Shown: positions 39,974 through 51,259 of the stretch, in pieces
Layout of the letters: every line of letters starts with the position of its first letter
Position numbering within the stretch: position 1 is the first letter of the stretch
IMG/VR virus record: IMGVR_UViG_3300037067_019204
Location: 1 to 64,000 of that record
Strand: one strand, 5' to 3'
Length of the DNA stretch: 64,000 nucleotides
Source of the DNA: a virus
Lineage: Duplodnaviria; Caudoviricetes
Notes under the pieces: model-generated
The model's input: only the letters and a program-made list of their open reading frames with translations
Database searches by the model: none
What the model was told of the DNA's origin: nothing
Program-made: the position numbers and the translations under genes

Positions 39974-41056
39974 TTAAGCCCTATACATTGTTAAATGTAT
40001 AATTTTTCCATTAAATTCTACAGCCTCTCCCATTAATCGTTTAGTCTTATTTCTATCTTCATTTTCAGGAAGAATTTGCCTAATTTCAATAACTTTGTAT
40101 TCTTTATTATCAAATAAAGTTTTTTCTTCAAAAGTTGTATTTAATTTCTTTCCAAGGAGGGCTTTTACTTTCTCTGCTTTAAACTCAAAAAGATTAGTAT
40201 CATCTTTTTTCAGATAATTACTACCTTCTTTTTCAACAACATCATTTTTTACAGCTTTCCAAGAATCTGGAAGATCATATACATCTAAACCCTTTATCTC
40301 ATTTTCATAAAGAAAAATAGCACCAATTTGGTTTTCAATAGGTGGTATTTTTTTAAGCATTTTTTGAATCATATCTGACATTTCATCAAGTGTTCCAACA
40401 AGATCATCACAATACAATGATCTTACATTAACATCTCCAAGAGTATCATTTCCTGAAATATCTAAATGAGTATGAGATGCTGAATATATTTCAGCAGGAA
40501 GTACCATACTAGTAGTTGTTATTTCAGGATCATAGAATCTACGAGCTGGATTTCTAAGTATATTTTTGTCAGTGCTTTTTAAGTTTGATGTGGTTGCATA
40601 TTGAGTATTAAAGTTACTAACAGTACTCCAAGTGCGAGACTGACTGGAAAGATCTACATCATAAGGTGCATATCCTCCAAATTTCATCTCAGCTCCCTTT
40701 GAAATACCTTTTGTTTGGTGGATACAACGAACAGAAACTTTTTGACCTCTCCCTGCTCCTATAATGTATCCATGAATTGCAGCTCTTTCTTGGGTTTTAC
40801 CTTTAAAGATTTCACCACGACTAATAAACAGTGGTTTATCTTCATTATTTTTTACATACACAGAATCAACAGCCCCTGTGTCTTCTACTTTTACATCTTG
40901 AGCTTCTGCAAAAGTAATGTAATCTCTTTTCAAGTCACTGTCTCTTTTAACAGGAACAATAACTGAAAGACTTCCTTCATCCAATCTCCAAGCCTCATCG
41001 AGCTGGAATCCATTGGTCTCCTCTACGATAGACTTGATAAAATTTTGTGCTGACAT
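39974..41056 (-). CDS. ARPP-1 (DUF6569)-like protein
   Basis: VKNNEDKPLFISRGEIFKGKTQER...VSVRCI; C-terminal GEAVEFNGKIIHL. Confidence 0.6.
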   Translation of the reverse strand: MSAQNFIKSIVEETNGFQLDEAWRLDEGSLSVIVPVKRDSDLKRDYITFAEAQDVKVEDTGAVDSVYVKNNEDKPLFISRGEIFKGKTQERAAIHGYIIGAGRGQKVSVRCIHQTKGISKGAEMKFGGYAPYDVDLSSQSRTWSTVSNFNTQYATTSNLKSTDKNILRNPARRFYDPEITTTSMVLPAEIYSASHTHLDISGNDTLGDVNVRSLYCDDLVGTLDEMSDMIQKMLKKIPPIENQIGAIFLYENEIKGLDVYDLPDSWKAVKNDVVEKEGSNYLKKDDTNLFEFKAEKVKALLGKKLNTTFEEKTLFDNKEYKVIEIRQILPENEDRNKTKRLMGEAVEFNGKIIHLTMYRA

Positions 41057-41221
41057 TTTAAATGTCTCCTTTTTAATATATTTTAAACTATAAATAGTTT
41101 AATTACTTATTTTCCTCCATAATGATTTGTTTGAATTTGTCACAAAAAGCACACGGATTAGATATAAATCCATAGGTTGAATTATTATAATAACTTCCGA
41201 TAGAACATTGGCAGGACTTCA

Positions 41222-41260
41222 TATATTTTACCTATATTACTGTAATATAGGTAAAATATA
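41222..41260. promoter_or_regulatory. Perfect palindrome with 19-bp arms overlapping a promoter (operator-like)
   Basis: TATATTTTACCTATATTAC-T-GTAATATAGGTAAAATATA; minus-strand TTGACT-N17-TATATT. Confidence 0.55.
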
Positions 41261-41442
41261 GTAAAAAGTCAAGTATTTTTTAGATTGTTTTTATCTAGTC
41301 TCCCCCCTCATTCGGATCAATACTTCTCCTAATTGGATAGGTTTTAGGGGGTGTTACTGGTTGTTTTGGTTGTTCATTGGGTGTTGGGTTTTTTATAGTC
41401 CCCATTATATTTTATCCTTTTATTTTACTTTTATAACTTATA

Positions 41443-42063
41443 TTATATAAACTCTGAAAAATATAAAAGACTATGAGAATATTTTTTTTCAAATCCTTCA
41501 TAAAATAGAATGTCTTTATTTATTTTTCTTTTCTTCTGAATAAGAGATTTAATAACTTCTTCGTGAAAAATTTCTTTAAATTTTTCATCATTTGGTTCCA
41601 TATATTTTTCAAAAGATTTAATTCCTAAAGTACAAAATCCTCCCGGAAGTAAAGCTTTTGAATCTATAAATCCATTTGGATAATCATTATTTACTATAAT
41701 ATCTAATGCATCTATATCTTTTAAAAGTAAGTAAAACATAGATTTAAAACCACATCCATATTTACCCCCTAGTTGCATAAAATATGGAATTCTTATAACC
41801 TCTGTTCCAAATTTACTTAACCAATATTCATCTTTTTTATGATCACGAATTATTGTTTTAGGGTCATTAAAATGTCTATAACCATCAAATTCTATTAAAT
41901 ATTTATTTTTATATGTATCAACAACTATATCACCAATCAAACCATTTTCTAATTTTTTATTTGATTTTAATTCAAATTTTCTTTCTTTATTTAATTGAAC
42001 AAACAAATCAAATAATTTTTGTTCTGTTAAATAATCTTTGTATTCTAATATAATATTATTCAT
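41443..42063 (-). CDS. PD-(D/E)xK / Vsr-like endonuclease
   Basis: GD...LIEFDGYRHF...RDHKKD...VIRIPY. Confidence 0.65.
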   Translation of the reverse strand: MNNIILEYKDYLTEQKLFDLFVQLNKERKFELKSNKKLENGLIGDIVVDTYKNKYLIEFDGYRHFNDPKTIIRDHKKDEYWLSKFGTEVIRIPYFMQLGGKYGCGFKSMFYLLLKDIDALDIIVNNDYPNGFIDSKALLPGGFCTLGIKSFEKYMEPNDEKFKEIFHEEVIKSLIQKKRKINKDILFYEGFEKKYSHSLLYFSEFI

Positions 42064-42150
42064 AATAACTAATCCTTTATAATTTATTTTAAAAATACAT
42101 TATAATAAATGTAATTATAATTGTCAATTATTTTTTTAATATTTTTAGAC

Positions 42151-42178
42151 AAAAAAATAGCCCCTTTCGGGGCTATTT
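42151..42178 (-). terminator. Terminator after major capsid gene
   Basis: AATAGCCCC-GAAA-GGGGCTATTTTTTT. Confidence 0.85.
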
Positions 42179-42199
42179 AAAAATTCAAAATTTAAAATC

Positions 42200-43363
42200 T
42201 TATGCAGAGATCCAAGAAGGAACTGTTGCACTTGATTTAACCGCGCAAGCAACTGCTCTTGGGTTAACAACGACTTGACTGATTTGTTCAAGGAATAACC
42301 ATCCATATGCTGGTTGATTAAACACAAACATATCAGCAGGAAGTACAGTAAGCTCAACCCTTATAGGCATTGCACCCAAGTATCTCCCTTCGGTAACTGC
42401 GAAGATCATTCCCTCAGGCACAGACACGTTCTCAAGCCCTTGTTCATCAACCCCAGCGGTCACGAAAATGTTAACTCCCCAAATGCTTCCAAAGATACCT
42501 GTAAGAAGAAGGTCTCTGGAAGTAATAGGATCGTAATCGATTGCGTTTATATTCTTTTTCAAGTCACCAAGCTCGGCACGATTCATGATAAATTTATCGA
42601 CCAACAGCCTGTGTCTCTCAACTTCGTACTGTAATGTTTCAAGAACGCTCTTAGAAACAGTTGAAGTTACATTAATCAAAGAGTTTTCCAAAGTAGCTGA
42701 TTGATAGAGTTCACGGAGTCCGTTGCGGTCTTCTTTCAACATAATCTGGAAAGTGGTCTTGTCGTGAGTACGGTCTACTATGTCATACTGTCTTTGAGCG
42801 ATCTCAGAGATAGTAATGATCGGGCGAGAAGTTACTAAGTACTCAGGTGGGAAAATCCTGTTTCCTTTAACAACTGTTTCGACTGTTTGACCGTCTTCTT
42901 GAATAACAAGAGCCGTTACGTTTACGTCTTTTTCATATGAGTTAATCTGTCCTTGCGCTAATTGGTGAGTTCTGAATACCTGACGGATGAAACCTTCATA
43001 GTCTAGACGATCTAGAATAAGGGGTATCATTTCAGCACCGAAACGGAGTCTTTCCATTTCGTCGCCAGCAAATACTGATTCAACTATTCTTTGTTTCTCT
43101 TCTGGTGTGTAGAAAGATGCTTGTTTTCCGGGTCTTTGATATAAAGCACGGCGTTCAGCAAATTTCATTTGTTGGGTAATCGCGTCTTTTTTGTCCCATG
43201 CATTAAGTTCATTATTTGCACCGAACATGTGGCCACTCGCTTCGATCTCTCTTCCGTTGGATTTAATTCCACCAAAAGGTTTAGGATCTAACAGCCTTTC
43301 ATCATACTTCGCAGCAACTGCTGCTGTTCTAACTTCTTTCTTTTCTATTCCATCTGCCCACAT
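42200..43363 (-). CDS. Major capsid protein (HK97 fold)
   Basis: 387 aa, codon bias of a highly expressed gene, strong terminator; RLDYEGFIRQ...GSIWGVNI...GWLFLEQISQVVVNPRAV. Confidence 0.8.
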   Translation of the reverse strand: MWADGIEKKEVRTAAVAAKYDERLLDPKPFGGIKSNGREIEASGHMFGANNELNAWDKKDAITQQMKFAERRALYQRPGKQASFYTPEEKQRIVESVFAGDEMERLRFGAEMIPLILDRLDYEGFIRQVFRTHQLAQGQINSYEKDVNVTALVIQEDGQTVETVVKGNRIFPPEYLVTSRPIITISEIAQRQYDIVDRTHDKTTFQIMLKEDRNGLRELYQSATLENSLINVTSTVSKSVLETLQYEVERHRLLVDKFIMNRAELGDLKKNINAIDYDPITSRDLLLTGIFGSIWGVNIFVTAGVDEQGLENVSVPEGMIFAVTEGRYLGAMPIRVELTVLPADMFVFNQPAYGWLFLEQISQVVVNPRAVACAVKSSATVPSWISA

Positions 43364-43374
43364 AACTTATCTCC

Positions 43375-44094
43375 TTATGCTAATCTCATTTGGAATTGAA
43401 GTTCTGGATTACTTGCTGTAGGAACCTTTGTAACGAAGCCAATTGCTTGTCCACTACCACCAATTGTCGGAAGCCCATTTGAGCTTACTGTAACAGCGGT
43501 ATTTAGTGCCCATGCCACATTAATTTCATAACAAAGAGTTGCGATTTCACCATTACCTTCAATAACTGAAGCACACCCAGACCCCAACGTCTGGTCTATA
43601 CCCGAAAGATTCGGATCTAGATATCTGTAATTCACACCAACAGTCTCGGTTGTACCAATAGTTGTACCACCGTTAAGAGTCAACGTACCATTAGTTGTAC
43701 TAATAGTATAGTCTGTACTACTTGAATAAGCAGTACCAGTACTTGTGTTATAAACTCTGTATTCAGATGTTTGTAAATTTGAGTGCGCCAAATTAACAGT
43801 TGACGCAGCACCTGTAAAAGTCACCAATTCCCCAGCGACGGGGCGATAAAAACTTGTGGTTTTATGGCAGTTAAATAGACCCAAGATCTTCCCAGAAATA
43901 TATCTGCTGGATGTTGAATCTGCTACAACCAAATTTCCACTAGAATCTAGGCAAGCAACATAACCAGCGATAAAACTTGCAGACGCATCCACAGGTCTCC
44001 ATCCAGTTACGATATTGCCACTTAGCTTACGAACAGAATTAACAATCCCATTTCTACCAATGGGAGGCATTGAACCAATACTAGGTATTGTCAT
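43375..44094 (-). CDS. Capsid decoration/cement protein
   Basis: Thr/Ser/Gly-rich beta protein immediately upstream of capsid gene; AIGFVTKVP end. Confidence 0.55.
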   Translation of the reverse strand: MTIPSIGSMPPIGRNGIVNSVRKLSGNIVTGWRPVDASASFIAGYVACLDSSGNLVVADSTSSRYISGKILGLFNCHKTTSFYRPVAGELVTFTGAASTVNLAHSNLQTSEYRVYNTSTGTAYSSSTDYTISTTNGTLTLNGGTTIGTTETVGVNYRYLDPNLSGIDQTLGSGCASVIEGNGEIATLCYEINVAWALNTAVTVSSNGLPTIGGSGQAIGFVTKVPTASNPELQFQMRLA

Positions 44095-44117
44095 AATTGC
44101 TAATCCTCCTTAAAATT

Positions 44118-46385
44118 TTAGTATCCACGTTTCCTATTATAGGTATCATCACGGGATACATCTTCCCAATAATTCCTATAGTCCTCTCTACGATCTTTAC
44201 TTGCTTGAGTACCTCTAAGAGGAGTTTCTTTAACACTCGCAGTCTTCTCCCTTGTAACTTCTTGAGAAGCAGTTACAGTCTCGGAAGACTCCTGAGAACC
44301 TTCTTTCACTTTAAATTCTTTTGTATATTTTGCAACTTTTATGAAATCATTAACATCTTTTCCCATAAAAGTATCAAAAGCTTCTTTCATCACTTCTTTT
44401 TGAGATTGCTCATACCCATCAACAAATGAGTTATGTGCTATATCTTCAGCAGCTTCTTTATTAATACCACTATTAACCATATTTGCAACAAAAGCTTCTT
44501 TCAAAGGATTAGGAATAAGTCCTTTCAATTGCTGTTGTGAAGCAAGTTCAACTGCAAGACGAGCTTTAGAAATTTCGTTTTGCACAGTTGATTGTCTTAT
44601 TCTTTCAGCAACTTCAACACTTACTTTGCCTTTTTCAGAACATTTACCTTTTTCTGGTGTTCTTGCAGTTTCACTGATAGATTTAGGAGCAATACTTTGT
44701 GCTCTTTCTCCTTCAGGATGTTTTCCACCAGAGATTTCACTATTAATAGTGGAAGCTTGTTGTTTAGCTGTTGTAGCATTAATATTGTCAACTTTTTGTT
44801 TATTCAGGTCTTTAAATGGGTAGAGTTGTGCTTCTTTTGTCATTGCGAGCCTCTCTTTTATAACAGAGACAATAGATTGTGCAGAAATAGATGCAGATTT
44901 ATCGGCTTCTTCTTCTTCCTTTTTTTCGTCACCAACACCTTCTTCACTAGCTTCACTACCTTCTTCACTACCATCGTCAGCTTTTTTAGTTTTGTCGTCG
45001 TCTTTTTTCTCTTCTTTTTTATCTTCTTTCTTATCGTCTTTCTTGTCTTCTTTCTTTTTCTCTGGTCCTACTTTACCCATTGCTACATCCATAGCTTTTT
45101 GGCTATCTTTTGCAGCTTCTTTTGTAAGTTCTTCTGATCCCGCAGCCACTTCTTTCTTTTCTGGTGCAGGTCCACCAAAAGGTTTTGGTTCTTCTTTCTT
45201 TGGGCCACCAAAAGGCTTAACATCACCTTTTGCAACAGGAAGAGCTTTATCCATAGTTGCTTTCCCTTTCCCCATTTCGCCTTCTAGATCATCAAAATCT
45301 TTTTTAGGAATGGTTTCATCTTTCTTTAATGCTGAACCTTTTCCTAAGAAATCAGCAAGGGCTTGAATAGCATCTTTAAGTTTACCTATAATTGCGTCTA
45401 ATCCACCAGCTCCCGGAGCCATTGGGCCAGCACCCATTCCTCCACCCGGCATTCCCATTCCACCCGGCATTCCAAGCTCACCTTGTTTAATAAGAGCTTC
45501 AATACCAGCTTGCTTAATAAAACCTTCTTGAACTTCTTCAAGAAGAGCTTCTACTTTTCTTCTTGCGATTGAAATACCCTCGATTACATTAGAAACATCT
45601 GTTGCTTCTTTGAGTACAAGGGTTCCATCTTTTAATTCGACTTGTTTCTTCATGAGTACACTCCTGTTAAAATTTGCATCTTTATAAGATGCGGAAGTAT
45701 TGCTTTGTGCTGCTTTAGGAGGGTTTACACCCATTGTATCATTATCAGGCTTTTTTTCCATTAAAGGGGGATTTCCTTCTTTACCTGCTGGTTTTTTAGT
45801 AATAGGAGGAAGTCCCTGTAATAGTTGAGTCTGCTTTTCTTCTTTTTGTAAATTTCTCTGATTTGTTTGGATTATATCCATAACATAATCTGAAAAACTA
45901 TCAAACCCCTTCTCGTGTTGTAAATCTTGTATCCTGTATGGCTTAAATCCTTCATTAAGAAGGGAATCTGCTATTAAATCAATAAGTTCTTCTTCTTTAT
46001 CTCTAGGTAAGAGCCTTTTTTTAGCTCTATCTATCAATTCTTTTGTTTCATCATTAGTATGACGAAGTTTTTCTATTGTATCAGAAACAAGTAAATTTGC
46101 TTTGTCATTTAATTGCTTCTCTGGATCTTGTGACGGCAAAGCAGGTTTTTTTGCACCTGCTCCCATTTGTAAACCAGCCATTGTTCCAGCATCTGTTGCG
46201 GCCCCACCACCTGTAGGTGCTCCCGGTGCTCCGGCTGGTTTTACCCCACCTGCTCCTCCAATTGGAGTTGGTGGACCTAATTTATTAGGATCTGGTGGTG
46301 TTTTACTGCCTTCCCCACTTGATGGTGCAGAATGCAGACTTGGTATTTGATTAAGACTACCAGCACTATCTATTGTTTGGGGCAT
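44118..46385 (-). CDS. Scaffold-like low-complexity head protein
   Basis: Pro/Gly and Lys/Glu/Asp tracts, coiled segments, located upstream of capsid genes. Confidence 0.55.
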   Translation of the reverse strand: MPQTIDSAGSLNQIPSLHSAPSSGEGSKTPPDPNKLGPPTPIGGAGGVKPAGAPGAPTGGGAATDAGTMAGLQMGAGAKKPALPSQDPEKQLNDKANLLVSDTIEKLRHTNDETKELIDRAKKRLLPRDKEEELIDLIADSLLNEGFKPYRIQDLQHEKGFDSFSDYVMDIIQTNQRNLQKEEKQTQLLQGLPPITKKPAGKEGNPPLMEKKPDNDTMGVNPPKAAQSNTSASYKDANFNRSVLMKKQVELKDGTLVLKEATDVSNVIEGISIARRKVEALLEEVQEGFIKQAGIEALIKQGELGMPGGMGMPGGGMGAGPMAPGAGGLDAIIGKLKDAIQALADFLGKGSALKKDETIPKKDFDDLEGEMGKGKATMDKALPVAKGDVKPFGGPKKEEPKPFGGPAPEKKEVAAGSEELTKEAAKDSQKAMDVAMGKVGPEKKKEDKKDDKKEDKKEEKKDDDKTKKADDGSEEGSEASEEGVGDEKKEEEEADKSASISAQSIVSVIKERLAMTKEAQLYPFKDLNKQKVDNINATTAKQQASTINSEISGGKHPEGERAQSIAPKSISETARTPEKGKCSEKGKVSVEVAERIRQSTVQNEISKARLAVELASQQQLKGLIPNPLKEAFVANMVNSGINKEAAEDIAHNSFVDGYEQSQKEVMKEAFDTFMGKDVNDFIKVAKYTKEFKVKEGSQESSETVTASQEVTREKTASVKETPLRGTQASKDRREDYRNYWEDVSRDDTYNRKRGY

Positions 46386-46469
46386 AGTAACACCACATCT
46401 ATATTTGATATAAAATATAATATTTGTTTATAAAAATTTAAGGAATCTGTACAAAAAAACATATTTGGT

Positions 46470-48863
46470 TTATATATGTACCAATTGTTCAAGGCTACCA
46501 ACTAAAGGTAAATCTTTTTTACCCTCTGGTGTCATTTCACCAGCAGGTTTAGGTGCTTCTTTTGGTTCTGGAGAAGCCATAGATGATGGGGCTGTTCCCA
46601 AATCTTTCATAGGTTCAGTTGGTTTAGGTGTCTCCATAAGTTCTGGAGAAGGATTTATTGGAGTCATTGGTGGTTTTGTAATAGATGAATCTTCTATTGG
46701 AGTAGTTAAATTATTATTTTCACCAATTTCTCCTTGTGAATATAATTGTCTTAATAATTTTGTTAAATCATCTGGGTTTCCACTAAAAGAAACATCTGCT
46801 GTTTTTATACCAAAAGCATTATTAATATCTTCATGGATACTAGCCCACACATGAAAAAAATCAGATATAGTGATGTCAGCTTTTTCAGCCCAATCCACAA
46901 AAACATCTTCTATATCAGCGATTCCTTCTGTGCGACTAGCATATTTCCAGAAATCTTTAGTATGATTTTTAACTTTTTCTGTTAATGTCATCAAAATGCT
47001 CCTGTATAAAATCTTATATTAAATGAAAGTGTTAAATTGCTCTTGTAAAAAATTCTTTAAATCTGTAGCTATAAAATAATTTGCAGATCTTTTTGTTTCA
47101 TCATCATAAGCTGGAGAAATATTTATATTTTCTTGTACTATTTCTGCTAATCTTGTTGCTATATTTATTGTTAGATTTGAGGGACCAGCAACTCCTCCCA
47201 CCCCATAATTCTCTGCTATAAAATTATTAAATTCTTGTTCAGAAATAGAATCTATATTAGAATTTAATCTTGCAGTTTGAAAATCTGTACCACCAGAAAA
47301 GATCATATCTACAATATTATACAAAGTTCTTATAGTATTAGAAAATACGCTTGCAAAATCAACTTGATCTATATTAATTTGAGATTCTTTATTTAAATTA
47401 AAAGCTTTTTTAACATCATTAGTAACTTCTTCCCAAGCATGAACTAATTCATTTATTGTAAGATCACTTTTTTCAACCCAACTTGCAAAAACTTCTTCTA
47501 GTGTATAATCTCCTCTTGTTTGAGAAGCATATTTCCAAAAATCAGATGATACACTACCCTCTTTCTTAACTCCCATTGTTTCTTCTAGCCAATGTTTTGC
47601 CGCAGATTCTGACTCATTTAGATCACCTTTTTTAACTAAAAGATCATGCAATTGTTCTGCAACTTCTTTTTTCTTTATTTCTAAATCTGTCGCAATATTG
47701 TCTATAGTTTTAGTATCACCAACTGTTTGTATCTGTTTTGTAAATTCTGATAATTTGTTTTTTAAGTATTCACTATGCAAAAAATCTTTTGTTATTAATT
47801 CTGCTGTTTTATTATTAGTAATTTGTTCTTTAGCAGAAACAGAGGAAGAATTATCAGGTTGTTCTTCTTTTTTTGATTTTTCTGGATCACCCCCAAGTAA
47901 TCCACCTTCTTCTGCTTCTCCCGGTTTTCCTATATTTTTAGTTCCCACATTGTATATAGCATCAGCCACTTCTTGACTAACTTGTTCACCAGTATTTTGG
48001 CTAATTAAAGCAGGGTCTTTTGATAAAAGAATTTTTTTAGTATCATTTGTAATATCTGCAATATCTTGTGCATTGAAAATATTATTGATTTGATTAAATT
48101 CTTCTATTTTTCTTGCTAATGCACCATACCACTTTCTTAAAGGATTAAATAGATTACTTTCTTCAGCAAACTTTGCTTTGTTTGTATCTTTTGCTCCTAC
48201 AAAGGATGGCTCTTGTTCTGCCCCACCCATTCCCTCTATATTCTCTTTAACAAAATCCACAAATTTTTTAATAATCTCATTTGATATAAAACGTTTAACA
48301 CTTTCTTTATCCATTTGTTGATTATCTGAAGAGGTTTCTTGTGTTTGTGTTGGGTTTGCAGGAGCTGCAAAATCTTCACCTTGGCGTATTTTTAACGGCA
48401 ATTTTGGGTCAATTAATCTTTGTAAGACTTCTTGTAACCTATTGGCTTTCTTTAGAAGGATATCATCTATACCTGCCATAACGGGTTCACCTCTTTCAGT
48501 TTTATGCTTAAATGTAATATGTAATTGTATCTCATTTTGAAATGCACGGTCAGTATTATATTTTTCTTTAAATTTTCTAACTAATTCCACCACTTTTTGT
48601 TTGGTAGAAAGTTCTATTGAATCTCTTTTTATACCTTGTTCATAAATATCAACTATATAACCACTACCAACAACAGCTCCCGGCTTTTTTTTCCTTACAA
48701 ATATATCGGTTCCAACACCAAGAGTTACTTTTTCTTCTTGTTCTTTTTTCTTTTTTTCTGCTACCTCTGCTGGTTCAGCTTCTTCAACATTACCCGGATC
48801 AAGTTGTTGGAAAACATTCGGGTTTTGAGGTTGATTTTGTTGATATAAATATTCATTTGCCAT
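46470..48863 (-). other. Two acidic head-region proteins sharing a ~55-aa domain
   Basis: DFWKYAS..(E/D)VF..W.EK.D.TI....H.W in both ORFs. Confidence 0.6.
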
Positions 48864-48878
48864 AACATAATAAACTAT

Positions 48879-49757
48879 TTAAGCAATACACTCCAATCTA
48901 TAAATTAATTGGTCTAATTGATTGGCTAAACGTTTTTTGTCCTGTATTGAAGAAGAATCTGTTATCATACGATGCACAGTATTCATAATATTAATAATTT
49001 CTTGTCCTTGATAAGTTTCATTCGCAACTTTTAATAATCTTCCCGGTAAAATTTCACTTACAGTATCAATAACATATGCAGTTGTACATGCTGGGCTAGA
49101 AACAACAGAAAGCTCATAAAAATCAACACCTTTTAAAATTTCTGCTATTTTTACACCATTATGTCTACCACCTCTATTATACTTCAAGTGGTTGCATATA
49201 TCGGCTTCTTTAACTATTTTTTTACCACAACAAGTAGATATACTATGTTTAATAGAACATCCCATACTAACAGGAACACGATCAGCATATTTTTGCATCG
49301 TTCTGGCAATATTTGGGGCTTTCTTAATATCCAATCCAAAAAGACAAGTAACATGACCGTCTTCATAAGGCTCAGGAATCAAAACAGAATCAAAAATCAA
49401 TCCTATAGCATTTTCAAAAGATTTACTTTGGTGATCTTTATACAACGCCGCAGTTCTAAAAGTTAGATATCTAGGAATATTCTTATCAGGATGAATCTCT
49501 TCCAATTCTGATCTATCAAAATAATCTGCATTTTTATTTACTTTTGCTTCCCAAAAACCTTTACCATATTTCCCATAATAATCACCAAAATCTAAAGCTC
49601 TTGTTGTTCCATAAATATAATCTTCAACGACAGGAGAAAGCCAATGGGCCTTTCTTTTTATGTCGATAACCTCAGCTATCTTCTCCCTGTCTTTACTACT
49701 GAATTCTTTAAATTCTTTGCAAGTATTTTCTTGACCAGATATGTAATGAACAGCCAT
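48879..49757 (-). CDS. Prohead maturation protease (putative)
   Basis: YKDH...AIGLIFD...VSMGC...FYELSVVSSPA; location between portal and scaffold. Confidence 0.65.
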   Translation of the reverse strand: MAVHYISGQENTCKEFKEFSSKDREKIAEVIDIKRKAHWLSPVVEDYIYGTTRALDFGDYYGKYGKGFWEAKVNKNADYFDRSELEEIHPDKNIPRYLTFRTAALYKDHQSKSFENAIGLIFDSVLIPEPYEDGHVTCLFGLDIKKAPNIARTMQKYADRVPVSMGCSIKHSISTCCGKKIVKEADICNHLKYNRGGRHNGVKIAEILKGVDFYELSVVSSPACTTAYVIDTVSEILPGRLLKVANETYQGQEIINIMNTVHRMITDSSSIQDKKRLANQLDQLIYRLECIA

Positions 49758-50717
49758 GTTTATTTTCCTATCGTTTATAAAAACAAATCTTAGTAAGTTG
49801 TAGGTGCTGGACTAAAACTTCCTGCTTGCCACAAAGCTTCTGTTTCACCTTGTTTTTGTGCAATAGCAGCGTTGACTCTTCCTATGTAACTATTGTCCTC
49901 ACCTTTCCCACCACCAGTAACATTTATTTGAGGATTCTGAAGATCTGCTAATAAAGAATTAAGTTCTTCAATATTTAATTGATTAGGATCTTCTTGAAAT
50001 CTTCCAATTAAATTTTGAGATGGTGCCATTGTTACAGCAGGAAGCTGCGCTTCTTTTTTAATTTCAAAAGAAACAACACCATCTTCTTTTGTAAGAGAAA
50101 TAGATGCTGTCTTGACATTATTAATTTTGTTTTCTTCTGCTATCTTTTTAAGAATACTTTCAATTTGATCAAACTCAGATGATCCTTTTTCAATTACTAT
50201 TGTACTGCTATTAATTTTCATCATTTAATCCTCACTTTTAATTATATTAACCCAAAATTACGATCAATACTTGATATTTCAGCATTAGGAACATTTTCTA
50301 AATATTCTTTTAATTGTTGATATGCTGTATCTCTATCTAATTCATCGTTACCAGTATCATCAACAAAAACTTTAATTAAAACAACAGCATCATAACGTTT
50401 TTCTGCTGCTGATCTCTTAATAAGATCATCAATATTATTTGAATTTTTGAATTTTAACATAGTTTCACTTCCCAGCTCATTTTCTCTAGGATAATCAACA
50501 ATTGTTTCTTCTTCTTCTGATATTGGTTGCTGCCCTCTAATATTTTCATTTATTAAATACCAAATATCAACAGCATCATAAACTTCAATATCAAAACCCT
50601 CTTTTTCTGCCCTACTCATGCTTTCGTAGAAACTGTTTTGTTGCTCTGGGGTTAGAGTATCCCAATATTGTTCTTTTGTCATATTTTCCCCTCTTTTTTT
50701 AAAAGAATAAAATTATT

Positions 50718-50739
50718 ACGATTTTGGACCCATAAACGT
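50718..50739 (-). repeat. Dispersed 22-bp motif, copy 3 (3 mismatches)
   Basis: Reverse complement ACGTTTATGGGTCCAAAATCGT. Confidence 0.65.
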
Positions 50740-51259
50740 ATTAATTTTACAATAAAAAACACAATATACAAAAAAATATATGATTTTTCTTAAAAATCTT
50801 AAGCAAAGTCATATAACTTTTCGAACTTCTAATAATTCCTTAATATAATTAATAAAAATATCTTTTGATTCATCATCAATATCATTTTGATTCAAAAATG
50901 GAGCATGTTCATTTAAAAGAATAGCAAAAGCAGCATTAACAATCTTATCTTGCTTTTCTTTTGGTAAAATTTTTTCAAGAGAATCTGCTATTTCTTCTTC
51001 TTCGGAATCTAATCCATCTGGATATGCTTCATAATATAATTTTTCAGCATCATTGTTTGAAATATGAAATTTATCAATAATTATCTCTTTAATTTGATCT
51101 TTGTCTAACCCTTCTTGCTGACGAATCCAAACAATAATTTCAATTCGTTTTTGGTTGGGGAAGCGTTGATAAGAAAGACCAATTGCTGGACTATTTATTA
51201 TTGACGGGTTAGATTGCATTATATATGCAAGCTTTCGTTTTATAAGCTGTCGATACAAT

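Noticed and set aside
44097-46854. Several plus-strand ORFs
   Set aside because: Antisense shadows of low-complexity minus-strand genes
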